Shown: positions 34,652 through 48,750, numbered from the stretch's first letter. The stretch: 64,000 nucleotides of DNA from Mustelus asterias (GCF_964213995.1 NW_027590142.1:930001-994000); one strand, 5' to 3'. The notes: generated from the letters alone by a model not told the origin. Numbers and translations are program-made.

Positions 34652-34717
34652 CTTATTACCATGACGGTAGTTAGAAACTCACTTTTGGCAGCGGAATCCA
34701 ATTGACTGTTGTGCCAA
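34652..34717 (+). pseudogene. TRDJ: Pseudo J-delta (YYHDGS*KLTFGSGIQLTVVP)
   Basis: Heptamer CACGGTG 34645-34651; in-frame TAG 34672-34674; donor mutated to CTAAGT. Confidence 0.85.
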
Positions 34718-35341
34718 CTAAGTGCCAGCTGATTTGTCTTTATCCATCGATGGACTTTTCTGCTAAACCCGTGTCTGGCAAATGGTAACAAAGAGCGAAA
34801 ATAATTAATTAATTTCATGTAATAATAAATTGTGAAATTGATCAACATATCATTAGGTAGCTAAGTAGAGAGACAGAAATCCAGGGGATATAATCAGTAA
34901 ATTCGCAGACGACAGAAAAAGTGGTGGTGTGGTAAATGGAGAGGAGGAAAGCCTTACATTATAGTATGATACGGAGGGAAAATGGGCAGAGCAATGGTCA
35001 AATGGGCAGAGCAGTGGAAAATTGAAATTTAACTCTGAAAAGTGTGAGATAACACATTTTGGGAGGACTAACATGACAGGAGAATACAGCGAAGTTAATG
35101 AAATCCTGCATGGAAGGAACGTTAAACTTCTAACTATGTGTTGTACTTTTGTGAAATAGAGAAAATCAAATATAATTGGAGTTAGTTGGGAGATGGTTTC
35201 GGGGAGAAGTGCAGTTGCATTTTCCTCCTGCAACTTGAATCCGAATCTATAGTCAAAACACCAAGCAAGACAATAAAGACTTCTGGCATTACTGTTCCCA
35301 CGAGAGTAACAGATATGTTTAGCATCTGCAACGACAGTGTC

Positions 35342-35399
35342 ACCCCCACTGATGACAGGCTGATCCTTGGCACTGGAACAAAAGTCACTGTGGAACCCA
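35342..35399 (+). pseudogene. TRDJ: Pseudo J-delta (TPTDDRLILGTGTKVTVEP)
   Basis: F->L in the FGxG motif, heptamer CAGTGTC, donor mutated to ATAAG. Confidence 0.82.
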
Positions 35400-35725
35400 A
35401 TAAGCACCCTCGCAAAATGTAACGATGAAGCACTGCGGACGCAGAAAATTTGAACATTATTTACTGCGAATAAAATTCACATTTGTAAAGTGGATAGAAA
35501 TATATGTCATATGGAGCTAACAGGCTAGAAGAAGGAATTGCATTTAAATTGGTGGATGTGGGGAAATATGTTTCTGTCAAGATCTCTCCTGTCCTGGCTA
35601 TTGATGTCAGCAGAATCTGAAATTGAACTCAAAACTCAAAGTCAGGAGAAATAAAATATAAATAAGTCTTATATTTCGGCTCATCTGGTTCGGTTTAATT
35701 TTTTGTCGCATTGTGTGCAGATGTG

Positions 35726-35784
35726 CTAGCACCAGAACTTTAAAACTTATATTTGGCAGAGCAACACATTCACTATCCGACCCA
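35726..35784 (+). pseudogene. TRDJ: Pseudo J-delta (STRTLKLIFGRAT..., frameshifted)
   Basis: ATTTTTTGT-12-AGATGTG RSS; FGRA, apparent 1-nt deletion, donor mutated to ATAAG. Confidence 0.75.
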
Positions 35785-35987
35785 ATAAGACATTTAAAAT
35801 CTTCAGTTTGGATCCGGTTAGAATTTGTAATGGCTGAAGTTTCATTCAAGGATCTCAAGGGCTCTTCCCAATGTAAACTTTGTATATTGCCCTGCCCCCG
35901 AATTAGTGAGTATGCTTTATCATGTATTAAATGACATCTGCATCTTCACTCCAATGGAAGGTTTATGTCTGTGCCCTTTGCACTGTG

Positions 35988-36048
35988 CATTATGATGATA
36001 CCGTGAAGCTCACATTTGGCAGCGGCACCCAGTTGACTGTTGTGCCAA
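35988..36048 (+). CDS. TRDJ: J-delta (HYDDTVKLTFGSGTQLTVVP)
   Basis: GGTTTATGT-12-CACTGTG RSS; donor GTGAGT at 36049. Confidence 0.94.
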
Positions 36049-36300
36049 GTGAGTACGATTGGAAGTTACATTCATTTTGTTTCATGCAGATTATTTTTTC
36101 GCTTTATGGTGTCTGACAAATAGCAAGTCAGCAACGATCCAAAGTATCACATGGAACATAAGTGAAGGCATTTTGTCTGTAAGATGAGCTTCAAAAAGAT
36201 AGGGAGACAGCTAACTCAGGTCTCAATGCTTATTTAGACATGCTGTAGGTGACAGACCAATCTTTGGGCCTCAACAATATGACATGCATTGATGGGTGCC

Positions 36301-39300
36301 TCATAGAAACATAGAAACATGGAAGATCGTAGCAGGAGGAGGCCATTCGGCCCTTCGAGCCTGCTCCGCCATTCATTACGATCATGGCTGATCGTCCAAC
36401 TCAGTAGCTTAATCCTGCTTCCTCCCCAAAATCTTTGATCCCATTCGCCCCAAGTGCAATATCTTGCCACCTTTCGAATACATTCAATGTTTAGGCATCT
36501 ACTACTTCTTGTGGTAATGAATTCCACAGGCTCACCACTCTTTGGATGAAGAAATGTCTCCTCACTACCGTCCGAAATGGTCTATCCCAAATCCTCAGAC
36601 TATGACCCCTGGTTCTGGACTCCCACCATCGGGAACATCCTCCCTGCATCTACCTGTCAAGTCCTGTTAGAGCTTTGGAAGTCTCTATGAGATCCCCCCT
36701 CATTCGTCTGAACTCCAGCGAAAACAATCCTAACCTAGTCAATCTCTCCCCATACATCAGCCGCGCTATCCCCGGGATCAGCCTGGTAAAGCTTCGCTGC
36801 ACTTCCTCGGGAGCAAGAACATCCTTCCTCAGAAAAGGAGATCAAAACTGCACACAATATTCCAGGTGCGGCCTTACCAAGTCCCTGTATAATTGCAACA
36901 ACACACCCCTGCTCCTGTACTCAAAACCTCTCGCAATGAAGGCCAACATACCATTTGCCATCTTTACTGCCTGCTGCACCTGCATGCTTACCTTCAGCGT
37001 CTGTTGAACAAGGACACCTCGGTCCCGATGTATTCTCCTCTCCCAATTCACAGCCATTTAGGTAGCAATCTGCCTTCTTGTTTTTGCTTCCAAAATGACT
37101 AACCGCACATTTATCTAAATTATATTGCATCTGCCATTGTTTTGCCCACTTGCACAACCTGTCCAGATCTGGTTGAAGGGTCTCTGCAGCCTCGTCACAG
37201 TTCACCCTCCCACCCAACTTGGTATCATCTGTAAATTTTGAGATGTTACATTTTGCTCCCTCGTCCAAATCATTAATACATATTATGAATAGCTGGGGCC
37301 CCAGCACCGATCCCTGTGGCACTCCACGAGTTACAGCCTGCCAATTTGAAAATGACCTAATAATTCCTACTCCTTGTTTCCTTTCTGCCAACCAGTTTTC
37401 TGTCCTTCTCAATACACTTCCCTCAATCCCATGCACTTTAATCTTGAACAACAATCTCTTGTGCGGGACTTTGTCAAACGATTTCTGAACGTCCAAATAT
37501 ACCACATCAACTGGCTCACACTCGTTACATCTTCAAAGAATTCCAACAGATTTGTCAAGCATGATTTCCCCTTCATAAATCCGTGCTGAATCTGTATGAT
37601 CCTGCCACAGCTTTCAAAATACTCCGCTATAAGTACTTGATAACGGATTCGAGAATTTTCCCCAGTACCGATATTAGAAGACACAAACAACATGCCAAAA
37701 ATTGATGACAGGAAGGCTATGGCCGGTGAGAACCGAGAAACTATCATTATCACGAAAGAGGTAGTGATGGGCAAGTTATTGGGGCTAAAGGTAGACAAGT
37801 CTCCGGATCCTGGTAGAATGCATCCCAGGGTACTAAAAGAGGTGGCAGGAGAAATAGCAAATGCACTAGTGATAATTTACCAAAATTCGCTGGACTCTGG
37901 GGTGGTTCCCGCAGATTGAAAAACAGCAAATGTGTCGCCACTGTTTTAAAAAGGAGGTAGACAAAAGGCAGGTAACTATAGGCCGGTTAGCTTAACTTCT
38001 GTAGTAGGGAAAATGCTTGAATCTATCATCAAGGAAGAAATAGCGAGACCTCTGGATATGGATTGTCCCATTGGTAAGACGCACCATGGGTTCATGAAGA
38101 GCAGGTCATGTTTGACTAATTTGGTGGAATTCTTTGAGAACATTGCATGTGCAGTGGACAACGGGGAACCTGTGGATGTGGTGTATCTGGATTTCCAGAA
38201 GGCATTTGACAAGGTGCCGCACGAAAGACTGCTACAAAAGATAAAGGTGCACAGTGTTACGGGTAATGTATTAGGATGGATAGAGGATTGGTTAACTAAC
38301 AGAAGGCAAAGAGTGGGCGTAAAAGGGTGTTTTTCTGGTTGGCGATCAGTGACTATTGGTGTGCCTCAGGGATCAGTGTTGGGACCGCAATTGTTTATGA
38401 TTTACATCAATGATTTGGAGTTGAGGACCAAGTGTAGTGTGTCAAAATTCGAAGATGACACTAAGATGGGTGGAAGAGCAAAGTGTGCAGAGGATGCTGA
38501 AAGTCTGCAAAGGGATATAGATAATCTGAGTGAGTGGGCGAGTGTCTGGCAGATGGAGTACAATGTTGGTAAGTGTAAAGTCATCCATTTTGGTAGGAAT
38601 AACAGCAAAATGGACTATTATTTAAATGGTAAAACTTTGCAGCATGTTGTTGTGCAGAGGGACCTGGGTGTCCTTGTGCAGGAATCTCAAGGAGTTGGGT
38701 TACAGGGGCAGCAGGTAATTGAGAAGGCAAATGGAATTTTGTCCTTCATTGCGAGAGGGATGGAGTTTAAAAATGGCGAAATTATGTTGCAGCGTATAAG
38801 GTGCTGGCGAGGCCACAGCTAGAGTACTGTCTACAGTTTTGGTCTCCTTACCTGAGAAAGAATATACTGGCACTGGAGGGGGTGCAGAGGAAATTCACTA
38901 GGTTGGTTCCGGAGTTGAGAGGGTTGGCTTATGACGAGAGACTGAGTAGACTGGGGCTATACTCACTGGAATTCAGAAGAATGAGGGAGGATATTATAGA
39001 AGCATATAAGATTATGAAGGGAATAGATAAGATAAAAGCAGGGAAGGTGTTTCCAGTGGTGGGTGAAACTAGAACTAGGGGGCATAGCCTCAAAATAAGG
39101 TGAAGCAAATTTAAGACTGAATTGAGGAGGAACTTCTTCACACAAAGGGTTGGGAATGTGTGGAATTCCCTGCCCAGTGAAGCAGTTGAGGCTACCTCAA
39201 TGAATGTTTTTAAGGCAAGGATAGATACATTTTTCAACAGTAAAGAATTAAGGGTGAGTGGGCGGGTAAGTGGAGCTCAGTCCATGAAAAGATCAGCCAT

Positions 39301-40640
39301 GATCTTATTGAATGGAGGAACGAGCTCGAGGGGCCAGACGGCCTATTCCTGCTCCTAGTTCTTATGTTCTTATGTTCTTATTAGGCTTATTGGTCTATGA
39401 TTCCCTGTTTTCACTCTGCCACTCTTTTTGAATATTGGAGTGACATTAGCTACCCTCCAATCTGCAGGGACTATTCCAGAGTCTATAGAATCCTGTAAGA
39501 TGACCACCAATGCATCCATTATTTCTAGAGCCACTTCCTTTAGTACTCTGGGATGTAGATTATCAGGCCCTGCGGATTTATCCGCCTTCAATTACATCAA
39601 TGTTCCCAGCAACATTTCTCTACTGATGTTGATCTCCCTCAGTTCTTCCCTCTCACTCAATCTTGCATTCTCCAACATTTCTGGTATTTGATTTGTGTCC
39701 TCATTTGTGAAGACAGAACTAAAGTATGTATTTCAGCTAGTCAGCCATTTCTTCGTCCCCTAATATACATTCCCCTATCTCTGTCTGTAAGGTTCTACAT
39801 TATGAAACTCTTAGTATCAGCCTTTATGTTCCCTGCAAGCTTAACTTCAGGCTGTATTTTCCTCTTGTTAATCAATCCCTTCGTACTTCTTTGCTGAATT
39901 CTAAACTGCTCCCAATCCTCAGACCTATTATTGGTTTTGGCCAATCTGTATGCTTCTTCCTTGGATCGGATACTATCTCTAATTTCCTTTGTAAGCCTGG
40001 ATTGGCCCTCTTACCCATTTTGCTTTTGTGCCAGATAGGGATAAACAATTGCTGCAGTTCCCCCATGCGCTTTTTGAATGTTTGCCGTTGCCTATCCATT
40101 GTCATCCCTGTAAGTAAGTCTCCCCAATCTATGAAGGCCAAATCACGCCTCATATATTCATTGTCTCGTTTATTAAGATTCAGCACTGTCGTCTCCGAAT
40201 CAACTACTTCACTCTCCATCTTGATAAAACATTCTCTCATGTTATGGTCGCTCATCCCCAAGGTGTCTCGCACAACTAGATTGGCAATTATTCCCTTCTC
40301 ACTCCACAATACCCAGTCTAAAATGGCCTGCTCCCTCGTTGGTTCCTTCACATATTGGTGAAGGAAGCCATCCCGTATCCACTCAGGAATTCCTCCTCGA
40401 CGGCATTGTGGCTAATTTGATTTGTCCAATCAATGTGCAGATTAAAATCACCCATGATCACCGATATTCACTCATCACATGCATCTCTAATTTCGTGTTT
40501 AATGCCATTTCCAACATCACCACTGCAGTTTCGGCGTCTATATATGACACCCATCTGATGTTTTCTGCCCCTTGGTATCTCTCAACTCTACCCATACACA
40601 TTATCAGAGCTAATATAGTTTCCCACCATTGTGTTAATTT
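36301..40640 (-). mobile_element. CR1 LINE (minus strand) split by a younger plus-strand CR1
   Basis: Minus ORFs 36921-37505, 39370-39591 and 39872-40351 are colinear (NHRPISL / ISVLGKILES). Confidence 0.85.
37678..39378 (+). mobile_element. CR1 LINE (5'-truncated) nested in an older CR1
   Basis: ORFs 38013-38822 and 38801-39103; (TTCTTATG)n tail; TATTAG duplicated at 37672-37677 and 39379-39384. Confidence 0.88.
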
Positions 40641-40664
40641 CCTGGGGGGGAGGTGAAACTGGGG

Positions 40665-41005
40665 GGAGGTGATGGCCTAGTGGCAATATCGCTAGATTAT
40701 TAATCCAGGAATTTAACTAATGTTCTGGGGACCCACGTTCGAATTCTGCCACACAGATGGTGGAATTTAAATTCAAAAATCTGGAATTAAGAATCTACTG
40801 TTGACGATGAAAACCATTGTCGATTGTCGGAAACACCTATCTGGTTCAGTAATGTCCTTTAGAGAAGAAAATCTTCCGTCCTTATCTGATCTGGCCGACA
40901 TGTGCAATTTGGTTAACTCTCAATTGCCTTCCAAGGGCAATTGGGGATGGGCAATAAATGCTGGCCAGCCAACGATGCCCATGCCCCACAAATTAATGAA
41001 AAATA
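40665..41005 (+). mobile_element. tRNA-headed SINE with an L2-type tail (related copies near 25300, 28650, 50250 and 61740)
   Basis: Head GATGGCCTAGTGG...GTTCGAATTC; tail GGGCAATAAATGCTGGCC shared with the L2-like fragments. Confidence 0.65.
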
Positions 41006-41650
41006 TCTCCCTTTTGGAAAATGAGCCTGAGTAACAGCAGATTCAACTAAACGTAAACGCAACTTTCATGCTCAACATGTCTGTTTACCTCTTTGAAATC
41101 TAACAGGACTATGACAATAGGAACAGGTAATGCTGGGAAAAACCCCAGCAGGTCAGGCTGCATTTGCAAGAAGAGAAAGCTTAGCTAATAAATGAAATAC
41201 TATCCCTTGAATTGTATTTCTTTTCTGCCAGAGGTTGAGGCGTCGCTGGCAAGGCCATGCTGCAACTCTCTCATTGGCCGACCAGTTAAGCCATTTCGGA
41301 GATTGGCAGAGCAGGCACTGAGGGCTGAAGAGCCTCCCCTTGTTCATATGTTTCCTAACCTAGGCTCAGAGGCAAAATATATTTGTTGCTGGGGAAGGGC
41401 GTGGAGGGCTACATTTGACCAGTGACTATCTTGGCTCAGAAATTCTTCACGTTAATAGAATCTTAGAGCATCCAAGGAGGCTATTCGGCCCATTTAGTCT
41501 CTGATGGTGGGGAGGGGGAAGATATGCAATGTCTGATACCTGCAGCGAATTAGTGGCTGTTCCAGATTTGTCTTTGCCGCAAATTATCTGAAATCTGAAA
41601 CACCTATCTCAAGAGAAGGTTTCTTAACTGTCTGAGCAATTGTTACTGTG

Positions 41651-41700
41651 CTACAGTAAATTAACGTTCGGCAGCGGCACCCAGGTGACCGTTATACCAA
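41651..41700 (+). CDS. TRDJ: J-delta (YSKLTFGSGTQVTVIP)
   Basis: Heptamer TACTGTG 41644-41650 with a weak nonamer CTTAACTGT at 12 bp; donor GTGAGT at 41701. Confidence 0.87.
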
Positions 41701-42481
41701 GTGAGTGTGAAGTCAGTATGTTTTTTTCTTTCGTTCCACATCTCCTCTGTTATCTAGTTGTCTGTTGTAAGTAGTCTAGTCAAGCTGGGCAGAGTGCCAA
41801 TATAATATGTGGCATGCAGGCGAAGAGACTGCACGGTTTTGCGTCAGTTTTGATCCAGCTCAGCTTAGCCAGGCATTAGAGATACATGGGATAGGAGCTG
41901 GAACTGCCTCAGTAATATGATGTTGAACTGAGAAGCTGATTTGTGTCCTGTCAACGGGATAGGAAGATTCCATCCAGAGAGTTGACCCAAAAGAAAGAGG
42001 GGAGATGGGTAAGCATCATTGTTCTGTTTAAACCTTTGTAATTGTGAATTACACAGGCTTTTCATTCTCTTGGTGAAAAAGAAATTCTCCTCATGTTAGT
42101 CCCATATCCTTAGACTATGAAGCCTGGTTCTGGAACCTGCCGCCATCCTGAATCTACCCTGTCTAATCCTGCACTATGGGTTTTAATGAGATCTTCTCCT
42201 CCTGCCTCCCTTCTTCTGAACCCCAGACAATAAAATCCTAACCGACTCAATCTCCCCTCATACGTCAGTATTGCCACTCCAGAAACTGTCCAGTGAACCT
42301 TCGCTGCACTCCCCCTATAGCAAGAACATCCTTCCTCGGATATTATTTTGCATTTGTTTCTTGGTAATAATGAACTGGCTGTGGAAGCAAGTCGAATCTT
42401 AAAAACCTTAGCATGAAAAATAATCCTTACATTGCTCTTCATGTGGGTTATGTCGATTTTGTACCATCTGGTATCACTGTG

Positions 42482-42541
42482 CAAACTATGCAACCACCAA
42501 GCTTATCTTTGGCAGTGGAACCAAACTCACTGTAGAACCCA
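42482..42541 (+). CDS. TRDJ: J-delta (NYATTKLIFGSGTKLTVEP)
   Basis: CGATTTTGT-12-CACTGTG RSS; donor GTAAGT at 42542. Confidence 0.94.
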
Positions 42542-45500
42542 GTAAGTGAAACTATTTTCTGCATTTTGTGTCTGGTTATAGTTTTAAAAAGTAATGTCCG
42601 ATTCAAATACACCTGTAAAGAATCTTTGTCCTGTAATAGCTGCTGTTGAGTTGATTGGGAAGAGCAGGGGGCGAGAGGGGTGGAGTGAAAAATTAAAATG
42701 TCCTCTCACAACAGCAAATTATTAGACTCCTACAACGATGGAGGAGACCATTAGGCGCATCGCTTTTGCTTCGGGAACAGTGGAGTCATCGTCATTGTGT
42801 TTTACAGAACAGGAAGAGGCCCTGCGACCCATTGTGCCTGCTCCAGCCATTAAACCCCTATCTATTCCATCGCATTTCTCAAGACTTGGTTGCAGCCTTA
42901 TATGCTATGGCATCAATAATCTTTGGACTTGCAGAGGACCAGAGGACCAGGTCCCTCTGGTCCTCTGCACTTTCTCGCGTCCTACAGTTCATTGTGTATT
43001 CCCTTGCCTTGTGACCCCTCGCAAAATGCACCACCTCACACTTTTCAGGTTTAAATTCCGTTTGCTACTGTTCTACCTGTCTGACCAGCTCGCCCATATC
43101 GTCCTGTAATCTTTGCAAATCAGTGACATTTAATCTCACACGAAAAACATGTGAGCATCCTTGGCTTGACTTTGTGTGAAATTTGTATACGCGCTCCCGA
43201 AAAAGTGCAAATTAAATGTCTTTATTCTGTCCTCCATGAGGTAAATATGGCTCAGCTGCTGCAATGCGAAGTTTCTGTCTTGAAAATTGTTCCTGCACAT
43301 TTACTAATCACTGCAGTGAGACACCCACACTCAGCAGTCGGTTCACTTACTGGGTTCAGCATGTGACCAGTAAGGATAAGCTTATTTAATGTCATTACCA
43401 GCTCTATGATGGACAGGGAGGCAGCATCATGTGGGAAGGCAATTGAGAACATTACACTGATATAATGAATTTGCGCAGCTGAATATCCAGCTCAGCTCGT
43501 CCTAAAATTGCAGTGTCCAGTCTTTGTAGCTCCAGTAGTGTCACATTGGACTCAAAAAATCATAATTTTATTTTTATTTCTTTGATGTGGGCATTAAATC
43601 AAATCAAATCAAATCAAATCCTAATTGCCCACTGGGCAATTTCAGGTTCCACGACATTGCTTCTTGGATCCAAAACATATTTCCTTCTCCAAAGGACATT
43701 GTTGATCGAAATGGGCATTTACAACCCATGGCAGAAGTCCTTTTTCATTCGCAAACTTGGCAATAGTAAATTCACTTTCCACATCCAAGTCATTATGTAT
43801 ATTGTAAATAATTGTGACCCGAGCATTAATCGCTGAGGCACTCCACTTGTAACAGATTGTCATCCTCAAAATGCTCTTCTAATCCCAACTCTCTGTATCC
43901 TATCGATTAGCCAACCCTCTATCCATGCGAATATATTACCCCAAAAAGCATGAATTCTGAATTAGCCCTTTGTCCGAGATCATATTCAAAGCTTTTTGCT
44001 GCAAAGATAAGATACCAACCAATGAACGACAATGCTTTTTTAACGGCAATCGTCGATAGTTGCCGGAGTTTTTACTGGATGCTACACTTCGATCAATTTA
44101 TTTGAAATTACTCCAAGTGCTGGGGCGGGAATTGAACCCATTTCTTCAGGGGAATTAGTCTGGGTCTCCGTGCTGCTAATCTAATGACATTGCCATTTCG
44201 CTGCAACCATCCCACAATGTTGCATGAAGAATGTTTAGTGATAGTTTCAATCAAAAGTTTGTTACAGAGTCAGATATCACTGTGATTAATTTCGTCTTGT
44301 GATCTTTATCAAAGAATTAACATTCAGTGCCATCATCCAGCACTTTCCTTCATGGACATATATAATATAGAGAAAGATAGAAAATAGGAGCACGGGTAGG
44401 CCATTCGACACTTAGACCCTGCTCTGCCATTCGACACGACCGTGGCTGAAACTGTAACTCAACACCATACTATCCCTCACCTCATAATTCTTGACACCTT
44501 TAGAGTACAGTAATATATTTCCTTTTAAAATATATTCACTGATTTCGCATCCACAAACTTCTGTGGTCGAGAATTAGTTTCACCAGCCTCTGAGTGAAGA
44601 AATGTTTCCTCATCTCAGACTTAAATGTCCAACCCTGAACACTGAAACTTTGATCCCTTTTTCTAGACCCCACCCCGTCAAAGGAAACAACATCCCTGCA
44701 TCCAGTCTGCTCATCCCTGCTAAAATTCTGTATATTTCAATGACATCGCCTCTCATGTTCTAAACTCCAAGTGAATACAGATGCAGTCGCCTCTCCGAAA
44801 ACGACAATCCTGCCATCCTAAAAATCAGTCTGGTGTACTTTTTCTGCATTCTTTCTATTGCAAGTTTATTTTTTTCTTCGAAAGGAGACCAAAACTGCAC
44901 ACAATATTAGATTTCGTCAAAGAAGGATTGGATTTAGAAAATGTCTTAATGGAGGAAAGTGAGGTATTAAGTTGAAAAATATTTCCTGATTTCGCTCCTG
45001 AAAGTCTTAAACATTAAACATCGTCTAAAATCTAATTTGCTTAAATCTTGGACTCCCCAACCAGCAGCAAATGTTCCTGTTTATCAACCCTCTCCGTTTG
45101 GGAATGATTAAGTCACTCCTTAACTAAATTCCAGCGTTTTAGAGTTAAACATCATCTACACCGTTAATCGGGTACTCTGAACATACATACAGCTTACAGA
45201 GTAAAATTTCTTCTCCTCCTGCTCTGTTCAAGGAATTTTTAAATGCTGAATTTTAATTTTATGAAAACCAGAACAAAAATGTTGCCGGTTCTGATTGCGG
45301 ACTCTTCTTTATTTCAATCCTGATCTCAGATCTTCACATTCAAACATGAATATTAAGCTCCGAATATATTTTCGGTCTCTCAGTGTTTATGTATTCTGTC
45401 TTCTTCACCTGTCTAAAGACTTTGAATAAAGACATTTGTTGATCAATCCTTAGTCTTAGCATATGGACATTTATAACCAACATGGTTCATTGATTTTTAA

Positions 45501-45719
45501 TTCTAAGGTGCGTTAACTTACATTTCCCTGCAATGAAAACATCCATTAGTTTTATCCATTCACAAAATATTAATATTTCTTTGCAATTTGATGCTTCCAG
45601 CTATGCTGCTTACAATGCTGCATATTGTGTCATTTGCAAACTAGCATATTAAGCATTCTATCACATTCTATCATATTGTCTTAATAAATACAACTATACT
45701 GCATATCATTCTGTATAGA

Positions 45720-46553
45720 TATATCTGTGTGTGTGTATTTGTGCGTGCGTGCGTGTGCGCGTGTGTGTTTGTGCGTGAGTTTGTTTGTACGCCTGTATGT
45801 CCATACCTGCCTGTGTGACTGTCTGCGGCGTGTGTATGTATTCAAGTCTCGAATCAACATAGGAGCAGGTATTTGGCCCATCAATACTGATCGAACATTC
45901 AAACTGATCATGGCACATTCACACACATTCACACACGCACCCACCCATACAAAAGCACACACAGAAACACACAAACACACGCACACTCACATTAATATTT
46001 TGTGACACACAAGCGTAGCATTTGCCTTCCTCATTGTTTGCTGTACCTGAATGCTAGCTTTTCATGAACAGGTCTCTCGAGAAGTCAACTCTTTTCAACC
46101 TCGCATCATGCAGGTAATATTCTGTATTTCTGTTTTATTTCCCCCAACCACAGTGGATAACTTCATACTTAGTTACTTTTTATCCCATCTGCCATGTCTT
46201 TGCGCATTCACTCAGCCTGTCCAAATCTCCTTGAAGCCCCCATTGCATCCTCCTCTCCATTATGTCTGTGCCATCAGCAAGGTTTGAACTATTTTATTTG
46301 GTCTCCACATCAAGTTTCTGGGTGTGTTCCAGTCTCTGTGTTTGTTTCTGGGCATGTATGTCTCTCAGTCTGATTGTCTCTCGATCTGTGCGTGTGTGTG
46401 TATGTTTGTGTGTGTACGCCTGTGTGCCCGTACGTCCATGCTTGCCTGTGTGAGTGTCTGCGACGTGCAAAAGTATTTCAGTCTCAAAGGGACATAAGAG
46501 CAGGAGTCGGCCATTTGGCCAAAAATAATGCTCCAACTTTCAAACAGATCATG

Positions 46554-46588
<35 letters not shown>

Positions 46589-47075
46589 CACTCGCGCTCT
46601 CGCGCTCCTATTTGATTGCACAAATATGGAGCATTTGCCTTCCACATGTCTTGCTGTGCCTACATGCTAATTTTTACTGACCCATGAACAAGGACATCCA
46701 GCTCTCTCTGGCAACAACTCTGTCCAATCTCGCACTGTTTAGGAAATACTCTGCCTTTCTGATGTTTTTTTTCCGCCAGAGTGGATAACTTCACACATAT
46801 TCAGTTTTATTCCATCTGCCATGTTCTTGCCCATTGACTCAGCCTGTCCCAATTCCCTTCAAGTCCTCCTTGCATCCTCCTCACCATTAGTTGTGCTCAT
46901 CAGCAAGATTGGAAATATTTTATTTGGTCCCCAAATCCAGACTCTCTGTGTTTGTGTGTGGTGCTGGGTGTATGTGTCTCTCAATGTCTCAGTGTGTGTG
47001 TGTGTGTGTGTGGAGGGGAGGGGGTGGAGGGGCGGGGGGGGGGGGGGTATGCATGCTTCCAGATGCATGTGTGTG
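45720..47075. repeat. Diverged tandem duplication (about 630-650 bp) of a (TG)n / CR1-fragment / (CA)n unit
   Basis: GTACGCCTGT... at 45787 and 46414; TATTTTATTTGGTC near 46290 and 46916. Confidence 0.7.
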
Positions 47076-47079
47076 TCAT

Positions 47080-48750
47080 AGTGTCATAGAATCATAGAGG
47101 TTTACAACTTGGAAACAGGCCCTTTGGCCCAACTTTTTCATGGCGCCATTTTCTTAAGCCCGAAGCTAGCCCCAAATGCCTGCATTTGGCCCAAATCCCT
47201 CTAAACCCATCGTACCATGTAACTGTCCAAATGCTTTTTAAAAGACAAAATTGTACCTGCCTCTACTACTACCTCTGGCAGCTTCTTCCAGACACTCACC
47301 ACCCTCTGTGCGAAAAAAAATGCCCCTGTGGACACTTTTGTATCTCTCCCTCTCACCTTAAACCTATGCCCTCTAGTTTCAGATTCCCCTACCTTTGACT
47401 ATCTAACTGATCTATGCCCCTCATTATTTTATAGACCTCTATGAGATCACCCCTCAGCCTTCTACGCTCCAGAGAAAAAAGTCCCAGTCTATCCAGCCTC
47501 TCCTTCTAACTCAAACCATCAAGTCCCAGTAGCATCCCAGAAAATCTTTTCTGCACTCTTTCTAGTTTAATCATATCATTTCTATAATAGGGTGATCAGA
47601 ACTGTACACAGTATTCAAAGTGTGGCCTTAACAATGTCTTGTACAACTTCAACAAGACGTCCCAACTCCGATATTCAATGTTCTGACCAGTGAAACCAAG
47701 CCTGCTGAATGCCGTCTTCACCATTCTGTCCACCTGTGACTCCACTTTCAAGGAGCTATGAACGTGTACCCCTAGATCTCTGTGTTCTGTAAGTCTCCCC
47801 AACGCCCTACCATTAACTGAGTAAGTCCTGCCCTGGTTCAATCTACCAAAATGCCTCATCTCGCATTTGTCTAAATTAAACTCTGTCTGCCACTCGTCAG
47901 CCCACTGGCCCAATTGATCGAGATCCCATTGCAATCCGAAATAACCTTCCGCACTGTCCACTATGCCACAAATCTTGGTGTCACCTGCAAACTTACCAAC
48001 CATGCCTCCTATATTTTCATCCAAATCATTAATATAGATGACAAATAACATTGGACCCAACACTGATCCCTGAGGCACTCCGCTGGTCACAGGCCTCCAG
48101 TTTGAAAAACAACGTCTACAACCAACCTCTGGCTTCTGTGATTAAGCCAATTTTGTATCCATTTGGCTTCCTCACCCTGGATCCCGTGAGATTTAACCTT
48201 ACAAACAACCTACCATGTGGAAACTTGACAAAGACCTTGCTAAATTCCATGTCGACAACATCAACTACCTTCTTGGCTATCCCTTCAAAAACTCAAACTC
48301 ACAAAGCCATGCTGGCTGTCCCTAATCAGTCCTTGCATTTCTAAATGCCTGTAGATCCTGTCTCTCAAAATACGTTCCAACAACTTACCCACCACAGATG
48401 TGAGACTCACTGGCCTGTAGTTCCCAGGCTTTTCCCTGCAGCCCTTTTTAAACAAAGGCACAACATTTGCCACCCTCCAATCTTCAGGCACCTCACCTAT
48501 GACTAACAATGATTTAAATATCTCTGCTCGGGAACCCGCAAATTCCTCCCTAGCCTCCCACAATATCCTGGGATACACTTCATCAGTTCCCGGGGATTTA
48601 TCTACCTCAATGCGCTTTAAGACTTCCAGCACCTCTTTCTCTGTTATAAGTACACTCCTTAAGACATCACTATTTATTTCCCCAAGTTCCCTAACAACCA
48701 TGCTTTTCTCAACAGTAAAGACTGATGAGAAATATTCATTTAGGATCTCA
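47080..48750 (-). mobile_element. CR1 LINE fragment
   Basis: Minus ORFs 47596-48090 and 48285-48701 carry RT motifs. Confidence 0.88.

Noticed and set aside
42738-42800. RIAFASGT as a degenerate J
   Set aside because: No RSS or splice donor; it runs into a repeat.
44257-44340. CACTGTG with a weak nonamer followed by VIFIKELTFS, a possible very old pseudo-J
   Set aside because: No FGxG motif, no donor and a poor nonamer; cannot be supported.
45681-47097. ORFs rich in CV/HT or poly-G/P
   Set aside because: Translations of microsatellites and homopolymers; most other short ORFs in the track are antisense to LINEs.
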